From Octopus bimaculoides (lineage: Eukaryota), in assembly GCF_001194135.2 (NCBI RefSeq), contig NC_069007.1, positions 21,663,262 through 21,727,261 on the forward strand: DNA of 64,000 bases, written 5' to 3'. The notes beneath the pieces were generated by a model that did not search any database, had not been told where the DNA came from, and worked only from the letters and a program-made list of their open reading frames with translations. The stretch's first letter is position 1; each line of letters starts with the position of its first letter. A program made the translations under genes and the position numbers. This document shows, one piece after another, positions 40,034 through 55,152 of this stretch.

Positions 40034-41641
40034 AACAGGCTTCTTTCAGTTTCCGTCTGCCAAATCCAGTCACAAGGCTTTGGCCAGCCAAAGATTATGG
40101 TAGAAGACACTTGCCTAAGGTGCCACACAGTGAGACTGAATCCGGAACCTGAATCCATGTGGTTGGAAAGCAAACAACTTGCCATACAGCCACACACAAA
40201 AGAAGGCATGTGTGTGTGTGTGTGTGTGTGTGTATGCATTTATATATACACACACACACACACAAACATTTTTTTTCTCTCCCTTTTTCCCCCTTTCAAT
40301 CCTTTCTGTCTCTCAGAGCAAAGGCTCGAAACATCAAAAAAGATTTCCATTCTTCCTGAGTGTCAAACTAATACACCTGCTTGTTGTTCCTTCACCTGCC
40401 TTCTTTTGTTTTCTTGTATGAGCTTAACATTTCTTTTTGCTGGCAGAAGAGGTTCAAGGAAGGAGGTGAGAGACAATGAGAGGTATGGGAGAGAAACATC
40501 AGAGCATCAGAGATGGTTGAGAATTTTCTGGATGGAGACGGTCGTGTCCATAAAGACAATAAATATACAGTTTGGAATTGGTGTGGCAACTGTACACAGA
40601 ATTCTTCATGAAGATCTGAGCCAGGTGCTCAATGGAAGAGATATTGGTGACAGCAGGATGGCGGCAGGGCTCATTACCTCCAATCCAAAAGTACTTGATT
40701 CTCTGGTGATCCATGACAAACGCTGGATCTATTGTTATGATTCAGAGACCAAGAAACAGAATGCCCAATGGAAGCATCCTGGCTCCTTCAGACCCATGAG
40801 GGCCAGGCAAAACAGGTCCACCAGGAAGCACGTGATGAGTGTCCCTTTTCTGCAGCAAGTGCATCATCCACATTCATTGGTTCCCTCTAGTCAAAGTCAA
40901 CAAAGTGTACTTTGTGTATATTTTTGAGGGAGTTCAGGAGATTTTTGTCACAAAAGGTCAGAGCCCTCCCACTCTGATCAGTGGCCCCTGCACCAGGACA
41001 ACACCCCAGTCCACAATTCCATCCTAGCAACTAACTACTCAACAGAGGTTGACATCAAAACTGCCCTTCACCTTCGCTACAGTGCAGACCTAGCTTACTG
41101 TGATTTTCGGTGGTTCCCCAAACCAAAAGAGGACCTCAGGAACAGTCGTTTTGAAGACACTGAGAAGATAAAGGAAGCTGTGACACCTTCGCTTTGGGCG
41201 ACTTCCATGGGGCTTTCACAAAATGGTTGGTGGAGCGCTGCAACGAGTGCATTGAAGTCAGAAGATTCTACTTCGTTCAATAGAATGAAACAAGTAAAAG
41301 AATGAGACACACACACACACACACATTCAGGATACAAGAAGCATCTTATGTCTACATTTCATTCATGTGCGAGTCTAACCATACGCTCGATAAACTAGGT
41401 TATATTATTATTATACTCATTGTGTGTGTTGTTTGTGTAAATACATTTGCTAACATAAGTATTGTTTTTCTTGTGGCTGCATCCCCAAATATTTAACCTA
41501 AATAACATACATACATATACACACACGCATATATATATATACATGCACGCACACATATATATAAACGCACATATGTACACACACACACACACTTGAGTAA
41601 CAATTCAAATATAAGTTTACAGTATTCTGGAGTGGGAGGGG

Positions 41642-41687
<46 letters not shown>

Positions 41688-42379
41688 CATATATATAGAG
41701 AATAAACTAATAACGAAGATGCAATATCAACGATTTATTCTTTATGCTTTTCCTAATAAAATCCGTGATTATTACTTTGCATTTAGTTGGTGCTCAACCT
41801 CAGAATTACAAAAGGCATGTCACATTATACATGAAATGTAAACAATAACAATCTATGTGGATTGTCATGCTGGGCGATTTAGTCAGCTGAGTTTGATTTC
41901 TAGAGTACTTAATGGGCTATCCACCTGGATATATTCATTTCCCTATTTTCCCATACTTATAATAGTAAATACCCTTTTCTGTTTAATATTATCACTTGAT
42001 TCAGTTATGAAGAGTTTAGTCCATCAGTTAAAACCGCCTGTATGTATTTTGAGTCTGATATTTATTTTAGCAATTTTTTTTTTATAGATGAACTGCTCTG
42101 AATCATACAGGCACACAAAGTAACACCAGTTGTCAAACAGACACACATTTACATATATTACACACACACACACAAACATATATACATACATATATCTGCA
42201 TGGATAGATAGATAGATACACAATACAAAAATATTTTAAAGCGCTTTCAAGAATAATAAGTAAGCATTTACTAATGGTGTGGCTAAACTGGGTGGAGTTA
42301 AAATTATTAGGAACAGTTGAGTCAACAGGTGAAATTTGAAGTCTCAGTCAACTTGATCTATAGACTGTATATATATGCC

Positions 42380-42410
<31 letters not shown>

Positions 42411-44629
42411 CGGCATGTCTGGGGCGGGGGGAAGACTCTTACCACCCAACCAACCGTGTGATCTTGGTTCAGTCAACTGTGTGGCACCTTGGGGGCAAAT
42501 GTCTCCTACTGCTCTCGACCAACCAAAAGCCTTGTGAGAGAGTTGGTAGACGGAAACCGAAAGAAGCTTGTCGTATGCGTAAATGTGTGTGTGCGAGCGC
42601 GCGCAACCCACCACCACTTGAAAAAGCCCGTGAATTAGCGGTTCGGCAAAAGACAACCGATAGAATAAGTACCAGGCCGTGCCCCAGCATGGGCGCATCC
42701 CAATGACTAAAACAAGTAAAAGGAGGCGCGCGGCGAAAAAGAGATGGGAGGAAGAGAAATTATGTTTTGAAAAACAATTCTCATATGAAAGAGAGAACCG
42801 GCTTTGGAAACGGATTGAGAGTGATAGAGAAAGACAAAATGGTAGATACACGATGTAGGAGTGAGTGGGTTAAGAGCCGAGAGTCAGCGGCGCGAAATCG
42901 ACCGCTACACGTGTTTTATGAGAGCTGTGTAAACAACGTGAGTGTGAGAGAGATTTGGGAGGAGAGAGAGAGAGAGGGGATGAGGAGGAATGACAGAGAG
43001 AGAGAGGTAAAAATATTGAGAAGCGGTAGAGGGGGAAAGTAGAAGCAAAGAGAGAGACAGAGACAGAGACAGAAGAAAGAGGGGGAGAGTGAGGGGCATA
43101 TGGCAGTGTTGAAACTGAACAGCGGTCTTAGCAATAGATCCTCAACTCTTGCTTCTAGTAATGCCTTGTATACAGCATACATACACATATACATATATAT
43201 ATATGCACACACACACATACACACAGAATTATCAATGAGTTGAATGGTGTTGGAAAATCACACACACACACACACATGCGTTGATATACTAACACAGGTT
43301 AAAACCACCATTCAACTATTACTATTAACAGGACCCACAAAAATTAGGCATCTTTATAATTTTCCTTTTGATGTATAATACTGCTTCATTATGTAACGAT
43401 TTCCATAACGTCTTTAATTCCGTTTCATAGGCTTGTTAAGCAGCCGAACGCAAATACATGTTGTAACAAGAATTATAGATAGTGGCTGATATATCGGTGT
43501 AATGGAGGGAGTTACGTCTCTAATGGGAAAATGATTGTGTCGAGCTGGGTCACAAAAGCCTTTCCGCGCCGAGAGCCAGGAACAGACACACACACAAACA
43601 TATCCATCCGTCTTCTCCGCCCACTTTTCCTGAGGGAAGGAAAGTTGTAGAGGTAGAGTCCTGAAGCACCTCCTCAATAGGGCCCGACCTGAAACGACAG
43701 TCCTTACACTTTCCAGTTGGGTTCCCAAGCATGACAAACTCATTCTTGGTCTACCCCTACGTCTCCTGCTCAGCCTGAAGAATCTATCTTGTGATTCTTT
43801 CCTGCATCATTCTAATTACATGGCCCTAATTTTTTTTTTATTATTGCCAGGTTCCAACCCAGGCCGCAGCAACAAAGTCCACCTGCCACACTTCTCGGCT
43901 CATCATTGCTGCCTCGAGGCCCTGGATACATTCTGGGCTCGTGTCTGCAATCAAGTTATCGGTGTGTGACGTTTTCTTCTTACAAATACCATCAAAGCAA
44001 GCGCCACAAGGCTAATTTCGATGCTTCCGGTTCAGGGTGGCACATGCAATGACGAGATAGTCACAGCCATCTTTGCCCATCTTCTCGCTAACTTTCGGCA
44101 GGTCTCCATAAAAGCATTCATAGCATCCATTTAGCCCGTTTGATCGTTTCTTTATCAGTGTCCAGGTTTCATTGCCATAAAATAGCAAACAATGGCCGTA
44201 ATACCTGAGCTGTGACTTCCCAATGCAGAGAAGTATTGGCTCAACCCGGAGAGACTCCCTATCTGCAAGCCATGCACCCTGTCAAATAACATTATTCCAG
44301 AGACCCTTCAGGGGAATCCGATTTTGGCCCCTTGCATTCACCATCATATCCATTCAGTCTTTACCTAACATTGATGTCAAGAGGCAAATTTGGATTACAA
44401 CAATAGCAGACATTCCAGGGCAGCCACTTTGGCATTGCTGATTTGATACCAACTTATTTGACATCAGATGTTTTAATGTTTTGTTCTCTCCAGCAATGTT
44501 TTATGCATGTGAGCATATGTGTACGAGAAGAGGGAAAGTGTTTATTTCAGTCAGGTTCATTAATAAATTGTAATAACACTCACTCACTCACTTTCTATCT
44601 ATCTATATTTCTACACACATGTGCGAGTG

Positions 44630-44667
<38 letters not shown>

Positions 44668-47278
44668 TGCCTCCAATACCAAAACAGGTTGCATGTCCAG
44701 TCAGCCATGCTACATTGTCGGTATTCTAACAGCTGTGTCCAATCATCACATCCCAATGTGTGCATGTGTCTGTAAACTGACCAATACTGTGAATGCAAAC
44801 GCTTGTCGTGTGTTTTGTTTCTCTATCAATATTTGTCTATGCTTATTTGTGTGTTGAGGTGCATCTCTTTGTCTCAATAAAGTACCAAAATGAAAATAAC
44901 AACTGGAACTGATATGTTTGACTAAAACTTTCAGGAACAAAATACACCAATATCATATGTGCAGGATGCTCTGAAGGTAAAACTGTGACCATCTCAATCT
45001 TTTCAACCAACAAAATCATTCACCACTAATTACTGTTGATGTGGTCAACCAGATACACACACACATTTGTACAAATGAAAGAAAAGAACATTTAACACAT
45101 TCAAAAAGTTAAATATTCATATCAACTTCCACAGTGTGTATTATAGAACAAACACATTTGGTGCAGACAATGAAGAAAAGCAAGTACTTAAAACAAGATG
45201 TAAACTATCATATTTATTGGAATCTGAAAAACTTATGTTACTCCAAATTTCAAGTCCCCAATCCTTGAACAGTGTGTGGTGTGTGGTGTGTGTATACACA
45301 TAATTTTAATGAAGGAATGGGGAAGTTGAGATAAAGTTACATACATTTCCATAAACAACCATTTATTTTAAAATACATACAATTATTGATATTTACTCTG
45401 CAAAGATTATAATAAATTTATTTGTTATACAAGCCATGGATTTGCAGTGTTCCACTATTAATTAGCTAATGAATAATCATTCTTTAGCTGATTAAAAGCT
45501 GTAATTCTTACACCACTGTTTGAGCACTTTGCTAGCCAGGTTCTTGCATGAAGAGCTACTGAAGTGATCACCTGAATTTTAATTATCCCCCATATTTAGT
45601 GTGTATGGGTGTGTGCATGTATGTGTGTATGTACACATATATGAGCATAAACAAAAGGCCAATCATATGTAAAAAACACTGGCATAGATAAATTTACAAA
45701 AGATTAACCCACTTCTCACCAACCTGCCCGAGACCACAGAACTAGGGTAGTTCTGTGATAAAAACTGACTGCTTAAAAGATCTGAATTAAAATCATTTAA
45801 AATTCCATGTTGATATATGTTCCAAACACCAGCTTCACAATGACAATGTTACTTTACTAAATTCTTTATTTTCGAGATAAATTGTAACAAATGCAGTGTA
45901 TTTTCAGCAGAAATATTGCAATGAAAGGATTAAAATATTTAAAAATTGGGACTGGATTGTTGTTACTGAGAACCAAATCATGTACTGCCATGATTAAGGG
46001 CCTTCCAGCTGTGAGAATCAAGGGGTTTTGTACATATAGGGTTACATTGTCTAAGGTCCTTCCATTTTTAAGACAGGATCTGATTCAAGATGGAGTCAGC
46101 TTCATTGGAAAATAACAACCAAAGACGCTGATAACGTCGGCGATAAAGATGTTGATAGAAGGGCAAGAGACGAACTGCTTTAATTGCAAACAACAAAGCT
46201 GAGTGATCTTACCTTTTGCCACCCTCCAAAAGAGATAACACGGCGATACAGCAGGTAAAGGTCAACATCACGGCCAGCAATTTGTGGGATTTTCTGGAAT
46301 GGTGTCCTGTAAAAATAAACACAATACATAAACATAATACATCAGATATATGTACACAAATACATATATTATATACACATATACATAGACACACAGAGAA
46401 AGGTCTTTGCATTTTGAAGAGATTAACACCATCAATTTGACTTCTAATGTACAATACAACTGGCACAACAACAGTTACAACGACAGGAGTTCCAGCTGAT
46501 CCAATCAACAGAACTGGCTGATCATGAAATTAATGTGTAAGTGGCTGAGCACTCCACAGACACATGCACCCTTAACATAGTTTTGAAGGAGATTCAGCAT
46601 GACACTGAATGTGAAATAAAGGACGCAATGTGCCACTGGGAACTGAACTCACGACCTTATAACTGTGAGCTGAATAGCCTAACCTCTAAGCCACACACTT
46701 TCAAGGACCATCAGGGCACCTGATGTGGTTTTCTAAACCAGACAACATAGATTGCATATCTGATTTGGACCACCAAGAGCTGCAGTTAAGTACTGACCTC
46801 TGTGTAGAAAATGTAGAATGCAAACGTTGTTTTGGGTATGTCCCCAGCCCAGTAGTGTGCCTCGAGAGAACAATCACCAGACATCATCTGCAGTACTGCA
46901 CTTTAATCGCAGTACTGCACTTTAATCGCAGTACCATGGATGATGCTTATCAATTAAGCACCTTGGGCAAGTGCCTTCTACTATAGCTTCGGGCTGACCA
47001 AAGCCTTGCGAGTGGATTTGATAGACGGAAACTGAAAGAAGCCTGTCATATATACGTGTGTGTGTGTGTTTGTGTGTCTGTGACTGTCCCTCTAACATCG
47101 CTTCACAACTGATGCTGGTGAGTTTACATCCCAGTAACTTAGCAGTTTGGCAAAAGCGGCCGACAGAATAACTGGTAGGCTTACAAAGAATAAGTCCTGG
47201 GGTCAATTTGCTCAACTACAAGGCAGTGTTCCAGCATGGCCGCAGTCAAATGAACGAAACAAGTAAACGAATAAAAGA

Positions 47279-47369
<91 letters not shown>

Positions 47370-48266
47370 TATATGCATATAATTAGAAAGTTTTAGGAAT
47401 ATATCATCATCAAGATCCCTTAACTGATGCAGCCAGCCATTGGGTACCACTTCAGATGCTTCCATAGTCAGCTGTTGCCAATGTTACTATGTTGCCACTT
47501 GTCCAATCCTTGTCAACCCAGGATTTTTCTGTCTACCGACACCAAACTGTGCTCTGAAGAATGGTTTTGCACAGGGAGTTGTGGCTTTCGTCTTTCAACC
47601 TACACACGGAGTGGTTCTCCTCTCAGCCAGAGCATTTGTTGATTTGCTGCTTGACAAAAGCAGTTCAATTTGTGCTCTGTGTATAGGATGTGTGACAGCC
47701 TTGTGCTCAAATGTCTGGACCCGTCACTCCATATCAGCTGTAAAAGGACCAGCTCTCACACCCGTACAGAAGGATCAATGTCACCAGGGTCTTGTACGTT
47801 TAGCTTTGTGGAAAAACTTATGAAAATACATTAAGTGTAATTCAGCATATGTGAAATATATCATTACCAACAATAGCTGTTATGGTTAAGCAGATCATTT
47901 GGCAAGCTTATGGTTTCAAATTATCCTCAAATACAAAATTCCTTGAGCAGCATTTTTTTACAGTACCAACACAGCAAATAATGCCTTCTGTTGGAATTTG
48001 ATAGATGCAACAGGTACAATAAAACACACACAGTCACACACATAAAATCCATATACGCATGCACTTATATATACTCATATATGTATATACATGTATATGT
48101 GCATATATATGATATTTATATATATATATATATATACATGTATATATATGCATGTATATATATATANNNNNNNNNNNNNNNNNNNNNNNNNNNNNNNNNN
48201 NNNNNNNNNNNNNNNNNNNNNNNNNNNNNNNNNNNNNNNNNNNNNNNNNNNNNNNNNNNNNNNNNN

Positions 48267-48306
<40 letters not shown>

Positions 48307-51300
48307 AGACCCCTTCAGTCCCGAATGACCATGGGATTGCACCAGGGTGCCAAAATGGGTTGGTTAGAAAGGGTGGATGAGAAGGGAGTTAGGAGTTGAG
48401 TGACAAACAAGAGGATGACATGGTTGAGTAGTCTGCAAGAGTCAGGGATGATGAAGGAAAAATGAGTCGCTGTAATATGGGTAGAGAGCCTAACATGTAG
48501 TACGTCGAGAACTCAATTTTGTCGACAAGGGCAGGTCATTTTGAGAACTTCATATCACCAGAGATCCTGCAACCTTGTAATCTCCCCTGTGAGGCTCAGG
48601 TCCAGGGGTCAACTTTAACAACTTCATCCCATTTCTTCCTGGGACTCCCTCTTCTGCAAGTTCCATCCTCATTTAGCAATTGGCACTTCTTTATGCAGCT
48701 GTCCTCATCCATATGCATCATGTGCCCACACCAGCACAGTTTCCTTTCTTAAACACAACTGATTCCTCTTATGCTCAGTTTTTTACCCAGAATTTTTGCA
48801 CTAATTATCTGAAGCAAACACACACTGCACATCCAATGGAGCATGCTCACTTCATTTCTTTCCGATCTTTGCAAGTCCTCTGCATTCAAGGCCCATGTCT
48901 CATTACCATGCAGCACTGCAGTTCTAATGCAAGCATCATGCAGTCTGCTCTTCACTCTTAGAGAAAAGATCTTTGTTGCCAACAGTGGCAGTAGCTCACT
49001 GAATTTTCTATCTAGCTCCTATACTTTCAGAACCACCACCTCACTTGCGAATTGCTAGATAACAAAAGCTACCATATATATGTATGTATGTATAGTTATA
49101 TATGCATACAAAAACATATGTAGGTATATATTATATTTACATGAAGTATGACCTTCAGATATTGAGCTTCACAGATGAGATGACATAGGGCTAAGATTGG
49201 TGATTTGCTATACTTAAGAGGACCTGACCTAACCAGCAAAAAAGGAGACCCTAAAAACCCTATCTTTTATGTCAATGCCCCTACACCCAATCTAGTGGGG
49301 GCACATAGCTTAGTAGTTAGGGTAATAGACTCATGATCACAAGGAATGCACCTTTCACTTCCCCCGCTTCCCTTGTACATTACCTTCTATCCAAGGGCAG
49401 CCCAGATATCTGTCTATCCCTCACTATTTCTACCCACTATTTACCTCTGACCTCATTCCTGGTACTGTACATCTCTTTCACACTTTACATACTTCACATT
49501 GCCTGTGCTGCCACCTTTTACCCCCTTGACCCACTTTTATTTCCTCCACCTTCCCTCCCCTATCCAAACTGATAGTCATCATTTACCACCACCACCACCA
49601 CTCCCATCAATGTTCCTCCTTCGCTGCATGCCTTTCTTCCCCTACTCTCCTCTTCTATAGTTGTGAACTTAGCTACCCATTCACACTGTCTCATCCTCTG
49701 TTTCCACTTCTCTTATATTCACTTTCCTCTATGTTGAGGACATGCCCTAACAATTCATTACTATCATCTTTCTCTGTGCCTCCTCTACACCAAGACACCT
49801 GTTCCTAACCCAGTCATAATTTAACTTCTCATCCCTTGGCATAAAGCCACCTCCCCCAATGAGGGATTTGTGACCTCAGTGGCGCTGATGCCTAGAAAAC
49901 AAAAAGCATTAAGTTCATTCTGCGAATTGGTTGGCATTAGGAAGGGCATTCAGCCATAGAAACCAAAGCAGTCACTGGAACTAGATTCAGTCCTCTAGCT
50001 AATTAATTCCTGCTGAACCATCCAACCCATGACAAGGAAAACGGATGTCAAACAAGGATATAGATATATCCTCTTTATGATGCTTGCATAGGTCAGGTTC
50101 AGGCTCTTAAGGCTGGTTTCTTGGATTCTACGACATACATAGTGTCCCCACCTGGACAGAACACAGGCCCATCACATGATTACACATTTTTGCCAACTGA
50201 GTAGACTGGACCAACGTGAAATGAAGTTTTGCTCAAAAATACAATATGTCACCCAGTCCAGAAAGTAAAACCACAATTTTACAATCATGAGTGCAACACC
50301 CTAACCACTCGTCCACGTGCCCATGCCTCCACTATATATACATAATAATATAAATAATATACACACACACATATATAAAGAAAGTAATTTCGGTGTTTTA
50401 GTGTGAAATAAAAGTAATTGTTTTTTATACAAAGAATGAACTTTAATCAGTTATATTTTTTCCATTTTGTTCAATGACCTTTTACCAACTTTCTGGCAAT
50501 TTCATGATTCCGCGCTCGTAGAACTTCTGGTCCTTATCAGCCCAAACCTGAACCAAGAATGATTTCAGGTCATCGTCATTATTGAAAGTGTTATCCTTCA
50601 CAGAATTTTGAAAACTTCAAAATAAATGGTAATCTGATTGTGGAAGGTCGCGGCTGTAGGGTGGATGTGACATCACTTCCCAACAAAGCTCCAACAATTT
50701 TTCACAAGTTAGCAAAGACATGTATGGTCTAGTGTTGTGATAGTGGAACATGATTCCTTTACGATTTGCCAATTCTGGCCGGTTTTCTTTGATTGCTTCC
50801 TCCAGTTTCATTAGTTCCTTGGAAACAGCTCAGAAGACACATCACCTTTGTAATCCCACCTAATTCACAGCATGACCTTTTTTTGATGCAATTCAGTTTT
50901 CGATGTGGTTAGTGCCGGTTCATTATGCTTGGACCATGATCGTTTTCGATTGATGTCATTGCAGACAATCCATTTTTCATCACCAGTGATGATTTGTTTC
51001 AAAAAAAGGCTGATTTCATTGCATTTGAGATGCATTTCACAAATATTGATTCGTTGTGTTAAGTGAATCTCTTTCAATTTATGTGGAACCTAATTATCAA
51101 GCTTCTTAATGGGTCCAAGACATTTTAAATGATTTTCAATTGCTGTGTGTGATACATTTAACCTCTCTGCAAATCTTGCACGCAGTTATATGACAATCAG
51201 ATTCAATTATGGCTTTGATTCAGTCATCATCCACTTCAGTAGGTCGACCAGAACGTTGGTCATCTCCGAGTGAAAAGTCTCCAGAACAGAACTTTTTAAA

Positions 51301-53924
51301 CCATTTCTGAAATGTGCATTCCTATTAAGCAATCAACACCATAAACTCCACGTATCTCTTTGTGAGTCACAGCAGCTTTCTTCCCTTTACAAAAATAAAA
51401 AAGCAAAATATGGTGAAAAATGTTCGTTTTTGCACTCCTTATTAAAATTGACAGCTGCAAACAAAATTATGTGCAATTTTCTTCTAAAGTAAGCTAAAAG
51501 TAATGGCTATCAAATGTCAAAAGGGAAAAAATCATAACACAAAAGTTATTCAAAAAAATTGTAACTGTATCTATTCGTAAAAATTGAAATTACTTTCTTG
51601 CCAACCCAATATATATATATATATATATANNNNNNNNNNNNNNNNNNNNNNNNNNNNNNNNNNNNNNNNNNNNNNNNNNNNNNNNNNNNNNNNNNNNNNN
51701 NNNNNNNNNNNNNNNNNNNNNATATTGGTGCAAACAGGAAAATAGAACTCAAAATATGAGTGTATGTCTATTTTGATTAATATTTAGCAGAAGTACCAGA
51801 GTTGAGAGTTTCATGCATTGGCAACGAAACTCTCGGACCTTGAGTCACTCCATTACTTCTGCTAAATTTTAATAAAAATATGCGTGTATGTGTGTAAATG
51901 TTTACACACCAGAATATATAAAAATTGAACAAAATACTGAAAACACCACTTTTTATTTAACTACTTTTTCTGTTGGCAATATGACAAATACACAAAATTT
52001 ATATCTATGTTCGTGTCTTGTAGCCTGTTATGGTCTACAGTTTTTCTTGCAGATATATATTTTTTTTTTTGCAAGTTCAAGTGTGTGACCTCTTTGATTT
52101 CTAAAAGGGACAAGTTCTTAGAGCACAGATTGCTGGAGTTCCAGTCTCTAAAATTACTAAACTGCTAAACATTTTCAGAAGTACAGTCTCTATATTCTCA
52201 TTGGCATTCCAAACATTTTGGAGAAAAAGCAAATTTCACAGAGACAGCCTGCAAAATAGTGAAACATGTATCCAAAAGTCATCTAAGTGACAGCAGAACT
52301 AAGCACCCACCTTGTCAGACCTGTGTCAAAAACAAAAAATTTGTCCTAAGGTCTATAAAGCTTGATACCATAAAAGGACTACAATTGTTAAACCTCTCCT
52401 GTCCCCCATCAACAATGATAAGCAGGAAACACAGTGTCTAGACTATCAAAAAGTGGTCAATGGAACAATGTCATCTTAACCAATGAATCATTATTCATCC
52501 TTTTCCCCCCACTTGAGGACAAGTTGTTATCTGAGGACAGCCCAAAGGAAGTCTTCAAACTTGACTGTTTGGCCCCTAACATGAAACATGGAGGTGGCCA
52601 CAGAATTCTCAACCTTTTAATTGTTCAACACAAAAAAATTAACACCAAGGATTATCTGAGTATTTTGATTGATTGTGTCCATCCTATAACAAATTCCCTG
52701 ATAGCAGTGCAATCGCCTAGAACAGTAACGCATCGACTGACATGACTAATGCTATCAAACACTAGTATGACCACTACAAAAGTGAAGTTGAGCACTTGGA
52801 TTAGTTCCTGTAATCATCTGATCTCAGTATTATCAAACATTTACAGAGCACAGAGAACAGCAATTGAGGAGCTGCTGTCATCTGCCATCATTCATGAGAG
52901 AATTAAAGCAAATTCTACTTGAAGAATAGCTTAAAATTCCCCTAAAACAATTCAGAAGCTGTACAAGACAATTCCTCAATGCATTAAAGCTGTGATTGAT
53001 GCCAAAAGGATACCAACTCCATACAATATAACAGTTTCCATTATTTTGACCAACCCCTGCACAGATTTCAACAGATCTACATATTTTATACACACACACA
53101 CACACATAAATATATATATGCATAATGTACATTGTATACACACAAATACATATGTAACTACAATGAGACAGACATAGATAGCACCCAGTACACTCTAAGT
53201 GGTTGAAGTTAGGAAGGTCATCCAGCCGTAGATACCATGCCAAACAGACGTGGAGCCCGAGCAGCTCTCCAGCTCCTGTTGAACTATCCAACCTTGCCAC
53301 CATGGAAAACAGATGTTAAATGATGATGATGATATGTAACTTTTACTAAAAGAAAGCAATTACTAAGTCTACTCTGTCTAGAAAATTCTTAGAAATTTCA
53401 ATTTCGAAATATTCTTTTTATCAAAATGTGGTTTATAAATTCCTTTTGAAGATTTCAACTGTAATTCAATTACAAAAATAATTTTTATTCACTGTGACAT
53501 GGTTACCTTACACTGCAAGATACTGCTTTTTAACATCTCTGTTTAGACCTCTGGAACTAAAAATATTGCCCAAACATTTGCAAAGTTACTTTCAACAGAC
53601 ATATCGATAAACACATCTTACCAAATTATAAGTTTAATCTTGTGTCAACCAAATATAAACTTATCTCATTTTCTTTCAAATCAAGTATTTGATTACTGTG
53701 CACCAAAATGCTTCCAAAACAAATAATCATTATGGGAAGCTGTTACGGTACATTATAAGGACTTTAATATGTCATATATTTCCGACAGCTGACTCCTTTG
53801 CAAAGATTTCCACTGTTTATGTTATAACATCTGTAATTATAGATTAGTAATACTAAAATGTGTATGTATATATAATATATATGTGCGTGTGTATATGTAT
53901 GTATTATGTGTATATACATACATA

Positions 53925-53991
<67 letters not shown>

Positions 53992-55113
53992 GTGTGTGTA
54001 TGAGTATATACATATATATATATATAACAATGGAAAAGTAACGCAGAGCAAATAATAAACCATACATTGATATGTGCTTGAACTTCAAGAAAATTTTTCA
54101 AAATATTTTACAGTATATACTAAGTGTATGATCCAGTTCCCTATCATAGGAATTGAAATTTTAAGATGTGTGTGTGTGTGTGTGTTATAAACTGGGGACT
54201 TTTACATGGCTAAGTCAAATAATATCAGAGTTCTTCAAAAATTCTAACAGTCTTTGAGTGCTTGGCATTATTCTAATTCTATTCAGTTAGAACTATTAGC
54301 CCTTTAGGACTTAAACTGGCCATATCCAACCCAAATATTCTACTTGTTTTGTGTTCAAACCATCCAGATCTGGCCTCTCACACCTACTCTACAAAGTCGT
54401 TTCTAATAATACACAATCGAATCACTGAAAATATCAAAGCTACAAGGTAATGCATGATTAATTCAAAACAATGTGAATAAATAAGCATTACATTTGACAG
54501 AGTAAGGGTTAAACGGATAAAGATAAAGGGAAATTAAACATGTCAGAAAAATTAAACAAATTTGCATAAAATATTTAACGAGCAACAGGAAATCACCCAA
54601 ACACCAGTACATGATATATAAAATATGTCTATATAAATGTATATATATGCATATTTAATTTATATATATATATATATATATNNNNNNNNNNNNNNNNNNN
54701 NNNNNNNNNNNNNNNNNNNNNNNNNNNNNNNNNNNNNNNNNNNNNNNNNNNNNNNNNNNNNNNNNNNNNNNNNNNNNNNNNNNNNNNNNNNNNNNNNNNN
54801 NNNNNNNNNNNNNNNNNNNNNNNNNNNNNNNNNNNNNNNNNNNNNNNNNNNNNNNNNNNNNNNNNNNNNNNNNNNNNNNNNNNNNNNNNNNNNNNNNNNN
54901 NNNNNNNNNNNNNNNNNNNNNNNNNNNNNNNNNNNNNNNNNNNNNNNNNNNNNNNNNNNNNNNNNNNNNNNNNNNNNNNNNNNNNNNNNNNNNNNNNNNN
55001 NNNNNNNNNNNNNNNNNNNNNNNNNNNNNNNNNNNNNNNNNNNNNNNNNNNNNNNNNNNNNNNNNNNNNNNNNNNNNNNNNNNNNNNNNNNNNNNNNNNN
55101 NNNNNNNNNNNNN

Positions 55114-55152
<39 letters not shown>

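Noticed and set aside
39938-40927. 329-aa plus-strand ORF as a gene
   Set aside because: Chance read-through of microsatellites, a SINE and a degenerate mariner fragment.
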